Source: Treponemataceae bacterium (GTDB lineage: Bacteria > Spirochaetota > Spirochaetia > Treponematales > Rectinemataceae). Taken from it: a stretch of 64,000 nucleotides of DNA. Shown here piece by piece: positions 31,331 to 40,764 of this stretch (position 1 is the first letter of the stretch; every line of letters starts with the position of its first letter). The notes beneath the pieces are model-generated. The model worked only from the letters and a program-made list of their open reading frames with translations. It searched no databases and had not been told where the DNA came from. The position numbers and the translations under genes were made by a program. The stretch lies in the NCBI GenBank assembly GCA_963667725.2, contig CAXXHO010000005.1, forward strand, positions 160,001 through 224,000, written 5' to 3'.

Positions 31331-33175
31331 TTGCAGGCTTCCGAGAACATAAATAGGACCGAGATTTTACGGACGCTGAAAAAATACTGGGGCTACACTG
31401 AGTTCAGGCCGTATCAGGAAGAGAATATTCTCTCGATACTGGAAGGGGCCGACACGCTCACGATCCTGCCCACAGGCGGAGGCAAGTCGCTCTGCTTCCA
31501 GCTCCCCGCCCTCCTCTCCGACGGTCTCGCCATCGTGATTTCGCCCCTCATCTCCCTAATGAAAGACCAGGTGGACGATCTCAAGGACCTTGGGATCGCG
31601 GCCGAGTGCCTCAATTCCAGCCTTCCGCCAATTGAACAGCGCTCGATCATGGAGCGCCTTGCCGCCGGCGCCCTCAAGCTTCTCTACCTTTCGCCGGAAC
31701 GCCTTTTGATGGAGCATATGCTCTGTGCGCTCAAATCCGTCAGGATAGCCTATTTCGTGGTGGACGAGGCGCATTGCATAAGCCATTGGGGCCACGACTT
31801 CAGGCAAGAATACCGGCAGCTCGGCCTTCTCAAAAGGGAATTCGAAAACATTCCCATACACGCGTTCACGGCCACGGCCACCGAAACCGTGCGGGATGAC
31901 ATCGCGCTAGAGCTCGGCCTCCGCGCGCCGCGCATCGTCGTCGGCGACATCGATCGGCCCAATCTCACCTATCGAGTGATCCAGAGACAGAACGGTCTTA
32001 TCAAGCAGATCGGCGAGGTCATCGAAAAGCACAAAGGCCAGCCGGGCATCATCTATTGTCTCAAAAGAAAGGACGTCGACGAAATTTCAAAATCGCTCAA
32101 CGCTCTTGGCTATAAAAACCTGCCCTATCACGCCGGCCTTGACGACGCGACGCGAAAAAATAATCAAGAAAAATTTCTTCGAGAGGACGTCGATATCATT
32201 GTGGCGACGATAGCCTTCGGCATGGGCGTCGACCGCTCCAACATACGTTATGTGATCCACTGCGCCATGCCCAAGTCCATCGAGCATTTCCAGCAGGAAA
32301 CCGGCCGCGCCGGCAGGGACGGGCTTCCTTCCGACTGCTATTTCTTCTACTCGGGCGCCGACTACGGAATCTGGAAGAGCCTTCTCGCGGATTCTTCCGA
32401 GAGCGAGGTCATGTTGAGGAAGTTGGGCGAGCTCTACGATTTCTGCGCGAGGCCGCAGTGCCGGCACAGATCTCTCGCCCAGTACTTCGGCCAGACCTAC
32501 GCACAAGAAAACTGCGGCGCCTGCGATTTCTGCCTCGGCGAAGTCGATATGGCGGAAGAGCCTCTCCTCATCGGCCAGAAAGTGCTCTCCTGCGTGGCGA
32601 GGGTGAGGCAGAGCTTCGGCGCCGACCATGTCGCCGACATCCTCAAAGGCAACGCGACGGAAGCGGTGCTGAAGTGGCGGCACGAAAAGCTCTCCACCTT
32701 CGGCCTGATGGAAGCCGAGACGAAAGTTTTCATACGTTTTATGATCGAACAGCTCGTGGGCCAGGGCTTTCTGAGAAGGGAGGGCGACTACGGCACCCTC
32801 GCGATCACGAAGGAAGGAACCTCGCTTCTCAAGGGGCTGGCGACGCCCCGCCTGGCGAAACCGGTCACGAGGGAAAAGAAAAAGGAGATAGAGAAGAAGC
32901 GGCGTTCCCGGAGGGCTGAGGACTGGGAAAACGTCGACGAGGGGCTTTTCGACGCGCTGCGGCTGCTCCGCGCTAAAATCGCCCGGGACAAGTCGGTGCC
33001 CGCCTACCTGGTTTTCAGCGACAAGGCGCTCAAGGACATGGCGTCGAAAAAACCCCGGGACAGAGAAGCCTTCGCCGGCATCTACGGCGTCGGCGAGGCC
33101 AAGCTCAAAGAATACGCCGACGCCTTCATCGAGGCGATCGGGGACTATCGAACTTCGCCGCCCGAATCGAATTGA
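31331..33175 (+). CDS. recQ: ATP-dependent DNA helicase RecQ
   Basis: PTGGGKSLCFQLP, DEAHCISHWGHDFR, QETGRAGRDG, RQC cysteines, C-terminal HRDC. Confidence 0.96.
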   Translation: MQASENINRTEILRTLKKYWGYTEFRPYQEENILSILEGADTLTILPTGGGKSLCFQLPALLSDGLAIVISPLISLMKDQVDDLKDLGIAAECLNSSLPPIEQRSIMERLAAGALKLLYLSPERLLMEHMLCALKSVRIAYFVVDEAHCISHWGHDFRQEYRQLGLLKREFENIPIHAFTATATETVRDDIALELGLRAPRIVVGDIDRPNLTYRVIQRQNGLIKQIGEVIEKHKGQPGIIYCLKRKDVDEISKSLNALGYKNLPYHAGLDDATRKNNQEKFLREDVDIIVATIAFGMGVDRSNIRYVIHCAMPKSIEHFQQETGRAGRDGLPSDCYFFYSGADYGIWKSLLADSSESEVMLRKLGELYDFCARPQCRHRSLAQYFGQTYAQENCGACDFCLGEVDMAEEPLLIGQKVLSCVARVRQSFGADHVADILKGNATEAVLKWRHEKLSTFGLMEAETKVFIRFMIEQLVGQGFLRREGDYGTLAITKEGTSLLKGLATPRLAKPVTREKKKEIEKKRRSRRAEDWENVDEGLFDALRLLRAKIARDKSVPAYLVFSDKALKDMASKKPRDREAFAGIYGVGEAKLKEYADAFIEAIGDYRTSPPESN

Positions 33176-35276
33176 GGGTGGCCAGAAGGGCCACGCCGAC
33201 ATCGGCGATCACCGCTTCCCACATGTTCGCCTCGCCCGCCGCGCCGAGGATGAGGAAAGCGGCCTTCACCCCAAGGGCGAAAACGATATTCTGCATGACG
33301 ATGCGCCTCGTGAAAACGGCGATTCTCATGGCGAGTGGAATGCGCCCGATCTCGTCGTCCATGATCACGATATCGGAAGCCTCGATGGCCGCGTCGGAGC
33401 CGAGGCCGCCCATCGCTATTCCGAGGTCAGCCCTCATCAGGACGGGAGCGTCGTTCATGCCATCCCCAACGAAGACGACTTTTTTCCCGGCGGGAGCCGA
33501 GGCCTTCAAGGCCTCTAGCCGCGCGACCTTGTCTTCGGGCAGGAGGCCGGCGAAGTACTCGTCGACGCCTACCGCGGCCGCGATCTCCGCCGCCGTCGAT
33601 TCCCTGTCTCCGGTGAGCATGATGACGCGGCGGACCCCAAGGGACTTGAGTTGGCCCACAATTGAGGCCGCTTCATCCTTGAGTACGTCGGCGACGAGAA
33701 TCTGGCCGGCGTAGGTTCCGTCGACAGCCACATGAACCAGGGTTCCCGCCCTCGTCATTCCGGCCTCGATCGCGATGCCCTCGTCTTTCAGGAAGCCTTC
33801 ATTGCCCGCGAGCACTTTCCGGCCATCGACGATGGCTGATACGCCACGACCCTTCACTTCCCTCACCTCGCCAGCTCTGCTGGGCTCGCTTACTTCGCCG
33901 ACCTCGCTTGTCTCACTCGCCGAACTCTGCCAGTCGGCATCGCTCGCCTTCCGAATCGCCCTGGCTATGGGATGCGGCGAATAACGCTCCGCGGCGGCCG
34001 CGTAGCGAAGCACCTGCTCGGCGCTGAATTCGTGGGCCGCGTCCACCTTCACCACCTCGAAGACGCCCTTCGTGAGCGTGCCCGTCTTGTCGAAGACGAC
34101 CGTATCCACCTTGAGGAGAGCGTCGAGGCTGTTCGCGCCCTTGACGAGGATCTTGTGGCGGGAGGCGCTGCCCACGCCGCCGAAATAGCCCAGGGGAATG
34201 GATATGACAAGGGCGCAGGGGCAGGAAATGACGAGGAGGACGAGGGCGCGATAGAGCCAGTCTGAAAGCAGGGCGCCGGGGATGAGGAGCGGAGGAACGA
34301 AGGCGATGAGGGCGGCCGAAATGACGACGAAGGGCGTGTAGTAGGCCGCTACTTTCGTGATGAACTTTTCTGTCGGCGCCTTGTGCGTCGCCGCGTTTTC
34401 CACGAGATCGAGGATACGCGCCGCCGAGGACTGGCCGAAGGGAGCGGTCACCTCCACAAGAATCCGCCCCGTATCGGTGACATAGCCCGCCTTGACCGCT
34501 TCCCCGATGCCCACGGACCGGGGCACGGCCTCGCCGGTGAGCGACGAGGTGTCCACGAAGGAATCGCCCTCGACGATGGTTCCGTCCAGAGGAATCCTCT
34601 CGCCGGGCCTCACCTCGACGACATCGCCCACGATCACCTGTTCGGGATCGACGATCCTTCCTTGCCCGGCGGTGACGATGCGGGCGAACTCGGGCCGGAG
34701 GTTCATGAGGCGCGAAATGGAGCTTCGCGATCTCGCCACGGCCCTTTCCTGCAGGTATTCGCCGACGGAATAGAAAAGCATGACCCCTACCGCTTCCGGC
34801 AGCTGCCCGATGGCGAAGGCTCCCACGGTGGCTATGGCCATGAGAAACATTTCGTTGAAAATCCTGCCGCGCAGAAGGTCCATCCAGGCGCTTCTAAGCA
34901 CCGGATAGCCCACGAGGAGATATGCCGGAACGAGAACGACATATTCGGCGAAATCGCCCGCCGTCGCGCGCAACTGCCTTCCGAAGAGAACGCCTACCAG
35001 TAGGAGGACGGCCGACGCGATGATCCGCACGATGGACCAGGTTCCGAGGGATTCCTCTTTCTTCGGGGCGCCCGAATCGGCGCGCACAAGCTCAACGGAT
35101 GGCTCGATGTTCCCGATAATGTTCTTGGCCAGTTCCTCCGAATCGGCGTCGAGGGCTAAGGTCTTGGTAGCGAAATTGACGGTGGCGAATTCGAAACCCT
35201 TGTTCTTCCTCAGCTCATTCTCGATTTTATTCGCGCAGTTGGCGCAGTCGAGACCTTTCATATAGTACTTCGTCAT
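33126..35276 (-). CDS. cadA: Heavy-metal (Cd/Zn/Co) P1B-type ATPase
   Basis: GLDCANCA HMA domain, TGEA, SCPCAL, DKTGTLT, HP, GDGMND. Confidence 0.93.
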   Translation of the reverse strand: MTKYYMKGLDCANCANKIENELRKNKGFEFATVNFATKTLALDADSEELAKNIIGNIEPSVELVRADSGAPKKEESLGTWSIVRIIASAVLLLVGVLFGRQLRATAGDFAEYVVLVPAYLLVGYPVLRSAWMDLLRGRIFNEMFLMAIATVGAFAIGQLPEAVGVMLFYSVGEYLQERAVARSRSSISRLMNLRPEFARIVTAGQGRIVDPEQVIVGDVVEVRPGERIPLDGTIVEGDSFVDTSSLTGEAVPRSVGIGEAVKAGYVTDTGRILVEVTAPFGQSSAARILDLVENAATHKAPTEKFITKVAAYYTPFVVISAALIAFVPPLLIPGALLSDWLYRALVLLVISCPCALVISIPLGYFGGVGSASRHKILVKGANSLDALLKVDTVVFDKTGTLTKGVFEVVKVDAAHEFSAEQVLRYAAAAERYSPHPIARAIRKASDADWQSSASETSEVGEVSEPSRAGEVREVKGRGVSAIVDGRKVLAGNEGFLKDEGIAIEAGMTRAGTLVHVAVDGTYAGQILVADVLKDEAASIVGQLKSLGVRRVIMLTGDRESTAAEIAAAVGVDEYFAGLLPEDKVARLEALKASAPAGKKVVFVGDGMNDAPVLMRADLGIAMGGLGSDAAIEASDIVIMDDEIGRIPLAMRIAVFTRRIVMQNIVFALGVKAAFLILGAAGEANMWEAVIADVGVALLATLNSIRAAKFDSPRSPR

Positions 35277-35287
35277 TTTCCGCCTCG

Positions 35288-35638
35288 CTAAAGCTTCTCG
35301 ATGTAGTGGTTTCTGGCGATCTGCAGCAGTTCCAGCACATGGCTGTCGGAGAGGGCGTAGAACACCTGCTTGCCGTCCCGGCGCGAACGTACGAGGTTGA
35401 GGCTTCTCAGGAACCTCAGGTGATGGGAAATGGCCGGCAGATTGGTCTCCAGAAGGAAGGCGAGGTCGCAGACGCAGAGTTCCTGCTGCGACAGCAGGTA
35501 GAGAATCTTTATCCTCGACTCATCGGCCATGGCCTTGAAAAGCTCGGAAAGCCCCGCCACGTCGAGGAGGGAATCCCTCAGCCGCGGCGCCTTGTCCTGA
35601 CAAGAAATGCCGAACTGACTGCAAACATCTTCATTCAT
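35288..35638 (-). CDS. ArsR/SmtB-family metal-responsive repressor (CadC-like)
   Basis: FKAMADESRIKIL, ELCVCDL, ISHHLRFL, RRDGKQVFY; N-terminal cysteines. Confidence 0.92.
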   Translation of the reverse strand: MNEDVCSQFGISCQDKAPRLRDSLLDVAGLSELFKAMADESRIKILYLLSQQELCVCDLAFLLETNLPAISHHLRFLRSLNLVRSRRDGKQVFYALSDSHVLELLQIARNHYIEKL

Positions 35639-35662
35639 ATGGGCTCCATCGATCTATTCATA

Positions 35663-35726
35663 TAAACGATTGCTCAATTAAGCAATCGTTTAATCGTAAG
35701 ATAACACTAGGTCCAATTCCTGTCAA
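35663..35726 (-). promoter_or_regulatory. Sigma-70 promoter and palindromic operator for the ArsR-cadA operon
   Basis: Minus strand TTGACA (35726-35721), 17 bp, TATCTT; perfect inverted repeat TAAACGATTGCT-caatta-AGCAATCGTTTA at 35663-35692. Confidence 0.75.
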
Positions 35727-35871
35727 TATAGATTCCGCCGTCCCGGATTCTTGACAGGACATGAAGTGAGGCGACACAATGCGTTATCGATAAAAAAATG
35801 ATCGAAAGCCCTACTCCGCGGCCTTTCTCGCGGCTCAGAGGGTTCCGCTCAACCACACAAGGAGGTTCTTC

Positions 35872-36669
35872 GTGCGAAAGATGACATTCATGCTTACGGT
35901 ATTCGCCATGGTCTTCGCGATGGTCTTCGCCGCCGGCGCCCAAACCGCCAAGCTTCCCGACCTCAAGGGAAGAAAAATCATCGCCGTGACCGAAAACGCC
36001 TATCTCCCCCTCAATTTCGTCGACGCTAAATCAGGCAAGGCCATGGGATGGGAATACGACGCGGTGAACGAGATCGGCAAGCGTCTCAACGCCAAGATCG
36101 AGTGGAAGATCACTTCCTGGGACACCATGATCCAGGCCGTGCGCGACGGACAGTTCGACGTGGGCATGGACGGCATCACCATAACGGACGAAAGGAAGGG
36201 CCAGGTCGACTTCTCCAGCCCCTACATGGTGAGCCAGCAGTTCATGCTCGTGCGCGCCAGCGAAAACCGCTTCCAGGACGAAAAGGCCTTCTCGGCCAAC
36301 CCCAAACTCCTCATCGGGGCCCAGGCGGGCACCACGAACTTCTATGTGGCCGTCTACAGCGTCCTCGACGGCGACGAAGCCAATCCCCGCATCAAGCTTT
36401 TCGAGACCTTCGGCGCCACGGTCCAGGCCTTGATAGCCGGAGACATCGATATGGTGCTTATGGACGCCGCCTCCAGCAAGGGCTACATCGGCGCCTACCC
36501 CAACAAGCTGAAATCGGTCGGCGGCGCCCTCGGCACCGAAGAATTCGGATTCATCTTCAAGAAAGGTTCCGACCTCGTCGGCCCCTTCAACGCGGCCATC
36601 GCCGCCCTCAAGGCCGAGGGATTCCTCGACAGGCTTAACACGAAGTGGTTCTTCGAGTACAAGCCTTAA
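35872..36669 (+). CDS. Polar amino acid ABC transporter substrate-binding protein
   Basis: Signal peptide, ENAYLPLNF, GITITDERKGQVDFSSPY. Confidence 0.9.
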   Translation: MRKMTFMLTVFAMVFAMVFAAGAQTAKLPDLKGRKIIAVTENAYLPLNFVDAKSGKAMGWEYDAVNEIGKRLNAKIEWKITSWDTMIQAVRDGQFDVGMDGITITDERKGQVDFSSPYMVSQQFMLVRASENRFQDEKAFSANPKLLIGAQAGTTNFYVAVYSVLDGDEANPRIKLFETFGATVQALIAGDIDMVLMDAASSKGYIGAYPNKLKSVGGALGTEEFGFIFKKGSDLVGPFNAAIAALKAEGFLDRLNTKWFFEYKP

Positions 36670-36721
36670 AACTGCGGTAGCCCGCCCCAAGGGAAAAACC
36701 GTTGGCGCGGTTCCCCAAGAA

Positions 36722-36778
36722 CCCTGTCTGTGCCAGTAATGGCACAGACAGGGGATTTTCTGTGCTAAATAATGAACA
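36722..36778 (+). promoter_or_regulatory. Tandem candidate enhancer-binding-protein sites; the first lies within a 14-bp hairpin that may also act as a terminator
   Basis: TGTGC-N8-GCACA at 36729-36746 and TGTGC-N8-GAACA at 36761-36778, 32 bp apart. Confidence 0.55.
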
Positions 36779-36900
36779 TAGAATTTAAAAATAAGCGAAG
36801 CACCCTACGCATTGGCTTTTCGGGCAGGACGCCGTATCGGCAATTTATTTCATGGAATGAAAATAGCACATTGCTAGATTCACTGCTTTGGTCAGGCTCT

Positions 36901-36916
36901 TGGCATGGGCTTTGCT
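36901..36916 (+). promoter_or_regulatory. Sigma-54 (-24/-12) promoter
   Basis: TGGCATGGGCTTTGCT, GG-N10-GC, 43 bp before the SBP start codon with an AAGGAGG RBS between. Confidence 0.85.
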
Positions 36917-36959
36917 ATTGCTACCTTGAGTTTCCAGATTATCTTAAGGAGGTTTCTAC

Positions 36960-37892
36960 ATGAAACGAATCGTTGGCGTTCTTTTGTGCGCGTTGGTGCT
37001 GATAACCGGTGTTTCCGCCCAAGCCAAGAAGAAGCAGGTCGCCGTCTGTCTTCCTGGATCAGTCGAGTTCTTCGCCGTGGAGCGCAAAGGCATGGACAAG
37101 GCAGCCGCCGAGTTCAACCTTCAGCTCACCTATTCCGACGCCGAATGGGACGCGGGAAAACAACTGAACCAGGTGGAGAATTTCGTGGCCAAGGGCGTGG
37201 ACGCCATCATGCTCTGCTCCCGCGATCCTCTCGCCCTGCTTCCGGCGGTAAAAATGTGCAACGAAGCCAAGATCCCCCTCATTACGTTCACCAACACGCT
37301 CGGCTCCGACAAGAACGGACAGTATCCCGGCGTCGTTACCTTCATTGGCATCAACGACCTCTCCTATGGCACCATGATGGGCAAGATGGCCAAACAGCTC
37401 CTGGGCGACAGAGCCGCGAACATCGTCCTCATCGAGGGTGAGCCTGGAACCAGCGCCCAGCGCATGAGAAACGACGGTTTCAGGGCCGAACTCGCGAACA
37501 GCAAGTACAAGATCATCTACAGCCAGGCGATTCCCGGCTGGACCAAGGAAGGATCGCTCGCCGCCATGGAAGCCTTTCTCCAGAAAGGACAGGATTTCGA
37601 TCTCGTCTCAGCCGAATGGACGGACGGCGCGGTCGCGGCTGCCAAAGCCATCAGGGAAGCCGGACTCAAGGGGAAATACATCACCGCCCTCGAGTATTCC
37701 AAGGCGCTCCAGGCCGAGATCAAGGCTGGAAGCGTCAACATGACGGCCTACGCTTCCATCATAGACATGGGTTATCTGGCAGTCCAGAAAACCGCCGAAT
37801 TCCTCTCCGGAAAGAAGATCGATTCCTACATCGAAGTCATTCCCGTCATCGTCGACAAGAACAATGTGAGCAAACACGTTCCCGAGATGTGA
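36960..37892 (+). CDS. Sugar ABC transporter substrate-binding protein (RbsB-like)
   Basis: Signal peptide, DAEWDAGKQLNQVENF, IEGEPGTSAQRMRNDGF. Confidence 0.9.
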   Translation: MKRIVGVLLCALVLITGVSAQAKKKQVAVCLPGSVEFFAVERKGMDKAAAEFNLQLTYSDAEWDAGKQLNQVENFVAKGVDAIMLCSRDPLALLPAVKMCNEAKIPLITFTNTLGSDKNGQYPGVVTFIGINDLSYGTMMGKMAKQLLGDRAANIVLIEGEPGTSAQRMRNDGFRAELANSKYKIIYSQAIPGWTKEGSLAAMEAFLQKGQDFDLVSAEWTDGAVAAAKAIREAGLKGKYITALEYSKALQAEIKAGSVNMTAYASIIDMGYLAVQKTAEFLSGKKIDSYIEVIPVIVDKNNVSKHVPEM

Positions 37893-37909
37893 TCCCATCC
37901 TCCAACAGT

Positions 37910-37943
37910 CGGCGGGGAATCCGCTTCGGTGGATTCCCCGCCG
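37910..37943 (+). other. Intercistronic stem-loop after the SBP gene
   Basis: CGGCGGGGAATCC-gc-TTCG-gt-GGATTCCCCGCCG; C(UUCG)G loop, no U-tract. Confidence 0.7.
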
Positions 37944-37957
37944 CTCAAGAGAAAACA

Positions 37958-39223
37958 ATGGAACCTAAATCGATACGAAACGGCGGTAAAATCGCCGCGC
38001 AGCTGATGGTCGGCCCCGAACAGCTGGCCTATTTCGGCGAAGCCGGAATACTGGCATGTCTGGACTATGCGCTCGATGTCCTCGCTCCCCGGGAGCTGAT
38101 TCTTTCCATAACCGATTCATCGAGCGACCTGGCTCGAAAGATCACGGAGCGCTGTGACAAGGTGGGTACAAGGGTTTCTCTATGGGTGATGGTTTTCGCC
38201 GACCGCCCCGCCGGCCTGTCTTCTTTTCCCCATGTCCAGGACGCTGAAGGCAGGACGGGATACGGCGCCACCGGCGCCTGGGAGAATATCGGAAAGGGCG
38301 ACGAAAAGTTCCTATTCTATTGTCCCAGCGCCCTGGATAAGGACGAGAAAGGCATAGAATCCGCGCTTCGGGCGGCGAAATCCATTGGCGCGCGGGGCAT
38401 CTTCCTCGACCGGATACGATACCCCTCCCCCGCCAACGGCTTCGAATTCATGAGCGCCTGTTCCTGCCCCCTATGCAGGGAAGCCTTTCGCGCCTGGAGC
38501 GGCGAAAAATGGCCAGACCTAGCTTCGCTCTTTGTCCGGCATGCGGCTCATGGCGTCGGCGGCCCTCAAGCCTTCGTCGAGAGCGCCGAGAAAGTACTTC
38601 AATTCCGCTCGCGGATGGTCAATAACGCGGTGGCGCGTTACGCCGATGCCGCTCACGCGGAGGGCCTCAGCGTCGGTCTGGATCTCTTCGCGCCCGCGTT
38701 GGCCGGTTTCGTCGGCCAAGATTATCATTCACTGTCGCGCCACGCGGATTTCATGAAACCGATGCTCTACTGCAAAGCCTGGGCGCCGGCAGGCATGCCC
38801 CTGGAATTTTTCCTTTTAATGAAGGGGCTTGAAGAATCAGGCATCGACGCATCAACAGCCGTAAGCTTCGTTTCCAAGTTCTCCGGAATAGACCGAGAAT
38901 ACCTGGATGCCGTGCGCCGGAAAGGAAATTTCCCGGCTTCGCTCGCCGCATCAGAACTGCTCCGCTGTCAGCGGGAAATAGATCCCGCAGCGGCTCCAAA
39001 ACCAGAAATCTACGCGGGCATCGAGCTGGTTCAGCACGAAGCCTACGATACTCAAATCGACGACGGTGTACGCGACTCGTACCTGGAAAGCCTCTCGGGC
39101 CAAAACATCGCCGTATGCTGGAATATATTGTACGTGCCCAAGCGGCATATCGAGGCGATAGCCTCGATGGACGCTATCGCGTCGATCGACGCGATTTCAC
39201 CGCATCACGAGGACTCTAAATGA
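37958..39223 (+). CDS. Hypothetical protein, possibly a glycoside-hydrolase-like TIM barrel
   Basis: FYCPS...GIFLDRIRYPSP...CSCPLC...DFMKPMLY pattern; located inside a sugar ABC operon. Confidence 0.6.
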   Translation: MEPKSIRNGGKIAAQLMVGPEQLAYFGEAGILACLDYALDVLAPRELILSITDSSSDLARKITERCDKVGTRVSLWVMVFADRPAGLSSFPHVQDAEGRTGYGATGAWENIGKGDEKFLFYCPSALDKDEKGIESALRAAKSIGARGIFLDRIRYPSPANGFEFMSACSCPLCREAFRAWSGEKWPDLASLFVRHAAHGVGGPQAFVESAEKVLQFRSRMVNNAVARYADAAHAEGLSVGLDLFAPALAGFVGQDYHSLSRHADFMKPMLYCKAWAPAGMPLEFFLLMKGLEESGIDASTAVSFVSKFSGIDREYLDAVRRKGNFPASLAASELLRCQREIDPAAAPKPEIYAGIELVQHEAYDTQIDDGVRDSYLESLSGQNIAVCWNILYVPKRHIEAIASMDAIASIDAISPHHEDSK

Positions 39224-40764
39224 ACATTCAAGAAAATTTGCGAACGCCAGAGGGCGGAAATGCGGCTGCCCCTCCCGTCATTCTCGCGATGAAGAACATT
39301 TCAAAAAGCTTCCTGGGCGTCCGGGTATTGGACAACGTCGATTTCTATCTCAGAAAAGGCGAAGTCGTCGCTTTTCTCGGCGCCAACGGAGCGGGAAAAT
39401 CGACGCTCATGAAGATTCTCTCCGGCGTCTATAACGCGGACAGCGGCCAGATATTCCTTCACGACAAACCGGTTCAATTCAGCAAACCGATCCATGCCTA
39501 CAGGGCGGGAATCAGCGTCGTGCACCAGGAATCGAGCCTCATTCCCACCCTGACCATCATCGAAAATCTATTTCTCGGCCGTGAATCCACAAAGGGTTCG
39601 GGGATACTGAACGGCAAGCTCATGCAAGCTGAATACGAAAAGCTCTGCGAACGTTTCGATTTGGATATTCCCTCCGCGACGAAGGTACGCGATCTCAGCC
39701 CCGCGCAGAAAAAAATGGCCGAGATAATGAAGGCGGTGTCGCGCAACTGCAGCATCATCATAATGGATGAGCCCACCGACGCTCTCAGCTCCCAGGAAAC
39801 CGCCCTCCTGTTCAAAACCGTCGGTGACCTTAGGCGCGAGGGCATGAGCATCGTTTTCATAACGCATTTTCTGGACGAAGTAAAAAGCATCGCCGACAGC
39901 GCGACGGTGATCCGCGACGGGAAAATAGTCGCCGAGCGCGTCTCGCCTCTTCTGCCGATCAAGGAAATAGTCACCTTGATGCTCGGCAAGGAAGTGGCGG
40001 AACGAAAACCCTTCGTAAGGGCTCATGGCGAAAAGGAAGAGCTGGTGGTAAAGAACCTCGGCCGCCGCGCCGAATTTTCGGATATTTCATTCGAACTTCA
40101 CGCGGGCGAAGTGCTCGGAATCGCCGGCGTCGTGGGATCGGGCAAGACGGAACTGGCGAGGACACTCTCAGGCGCATCGGTCAGCCACAGCGGTTCCATG
40201 ACACTGGAGAACAGACCGATACAGCTCCGTTCCCCATACGATGGGGTCAAGCATGGTATCGGCATGGCGCCGGAAGACCGTAAAACGCAGGGACTGATCC
40301 TCGACCATGACATTCAAGGCAATATTTCCCTTTCATCCCTGCCCAGCATCGTCAAGTTCGGATGCATCAACGCAAAAAAGGAAAAAAGCCGTACGATGTC
40401 TGTGGCCGCCCAACTTTCGATAAAGTTCGCCAGCCTTGATCAGCGGGTAAAATTCCTGAGCGGCGGCAACCAGCAGAAATGCGTTCTGGCTCGATGGCTG
40501 CTGGCCTCCCCGAAGGTTCTTATTCTGGATGAGCCCACGCGCGGCATCGATGTCGCCACGAAGGAACAGATCTACGCGACGGTGCGCGATCTCGCGTCGA
40601 AAGGAAAATCCATCATCTATTTCTCTGGAGATCCCGCCGAACTCCTTGTGGTCTCCGACAGGGTGTTGGTTATGCAAAAAGGGAAGATCAAGCGTTCTTA
40701 CGCGATTCCGCCATCTGAAGATATACTACTAAAAGATATGATTGAGGTGAACAATGAGCGGTAA
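39220..40764 (+). CDS. Sugar ABC transporter ATP-binding protein (RbsA/MglA-type, two NBDs)
   Basis: GANGAGKST, MDEPT, FITH; second NBD with PEDRK, LSGGNQQK, LDEPTRGIDV. Confidence 0.95.
   Translation: MNIQENLRTPEGGNAAAPPVILAMKNISKSFLGVRVLDNVDFYLRKGEVVAFLGANGAGKSTLMKILSGVYNADSGQIFLHDKPVQFSKPIHAYRAGISVVHQESSLIPTLTIIENLFLGRESTKGSGILNGKLMQAEYEKLCERFDLDIPSATKVRDLSPAQKKMAEIMKAVSRNCSIIIMDEPTDALSSQETALLFKTVGDLRREGMSIVFITHFLDEVKSIADSATVIRDGKIVAERVSPLLPIKEIVTLMLGKEVAERKPFVRAHGEKEELVVKNLGRRAEFSDISFELHAGEVLGIAGVVGSGKTELARTLSGASVSHSGSMTLENRPIQLRSPYDGVKHGIGMAPEDRKTQGLILDHDIQGNISLSSLPSIVKFGCINAKKEKSRTMSVAAQLSIKFASLDQRVKFLSGGNQQKCVLARWLLASPKVLILDEPTRGIDVATKEQIYATVRDLASKGKSIIYFSGDPAELLVVSDRVLVMQKGKIKRSYAIPPSEDILLKDMIEVNNER

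Noticed and set aside
39150..39200. Short peptide repeat AIASMD-AIASID-AIS (and the SEVGEV/GEVREV stretch in cadA)
   Set aside because: Very short degenerate duplications in tails or loops with no sign of function
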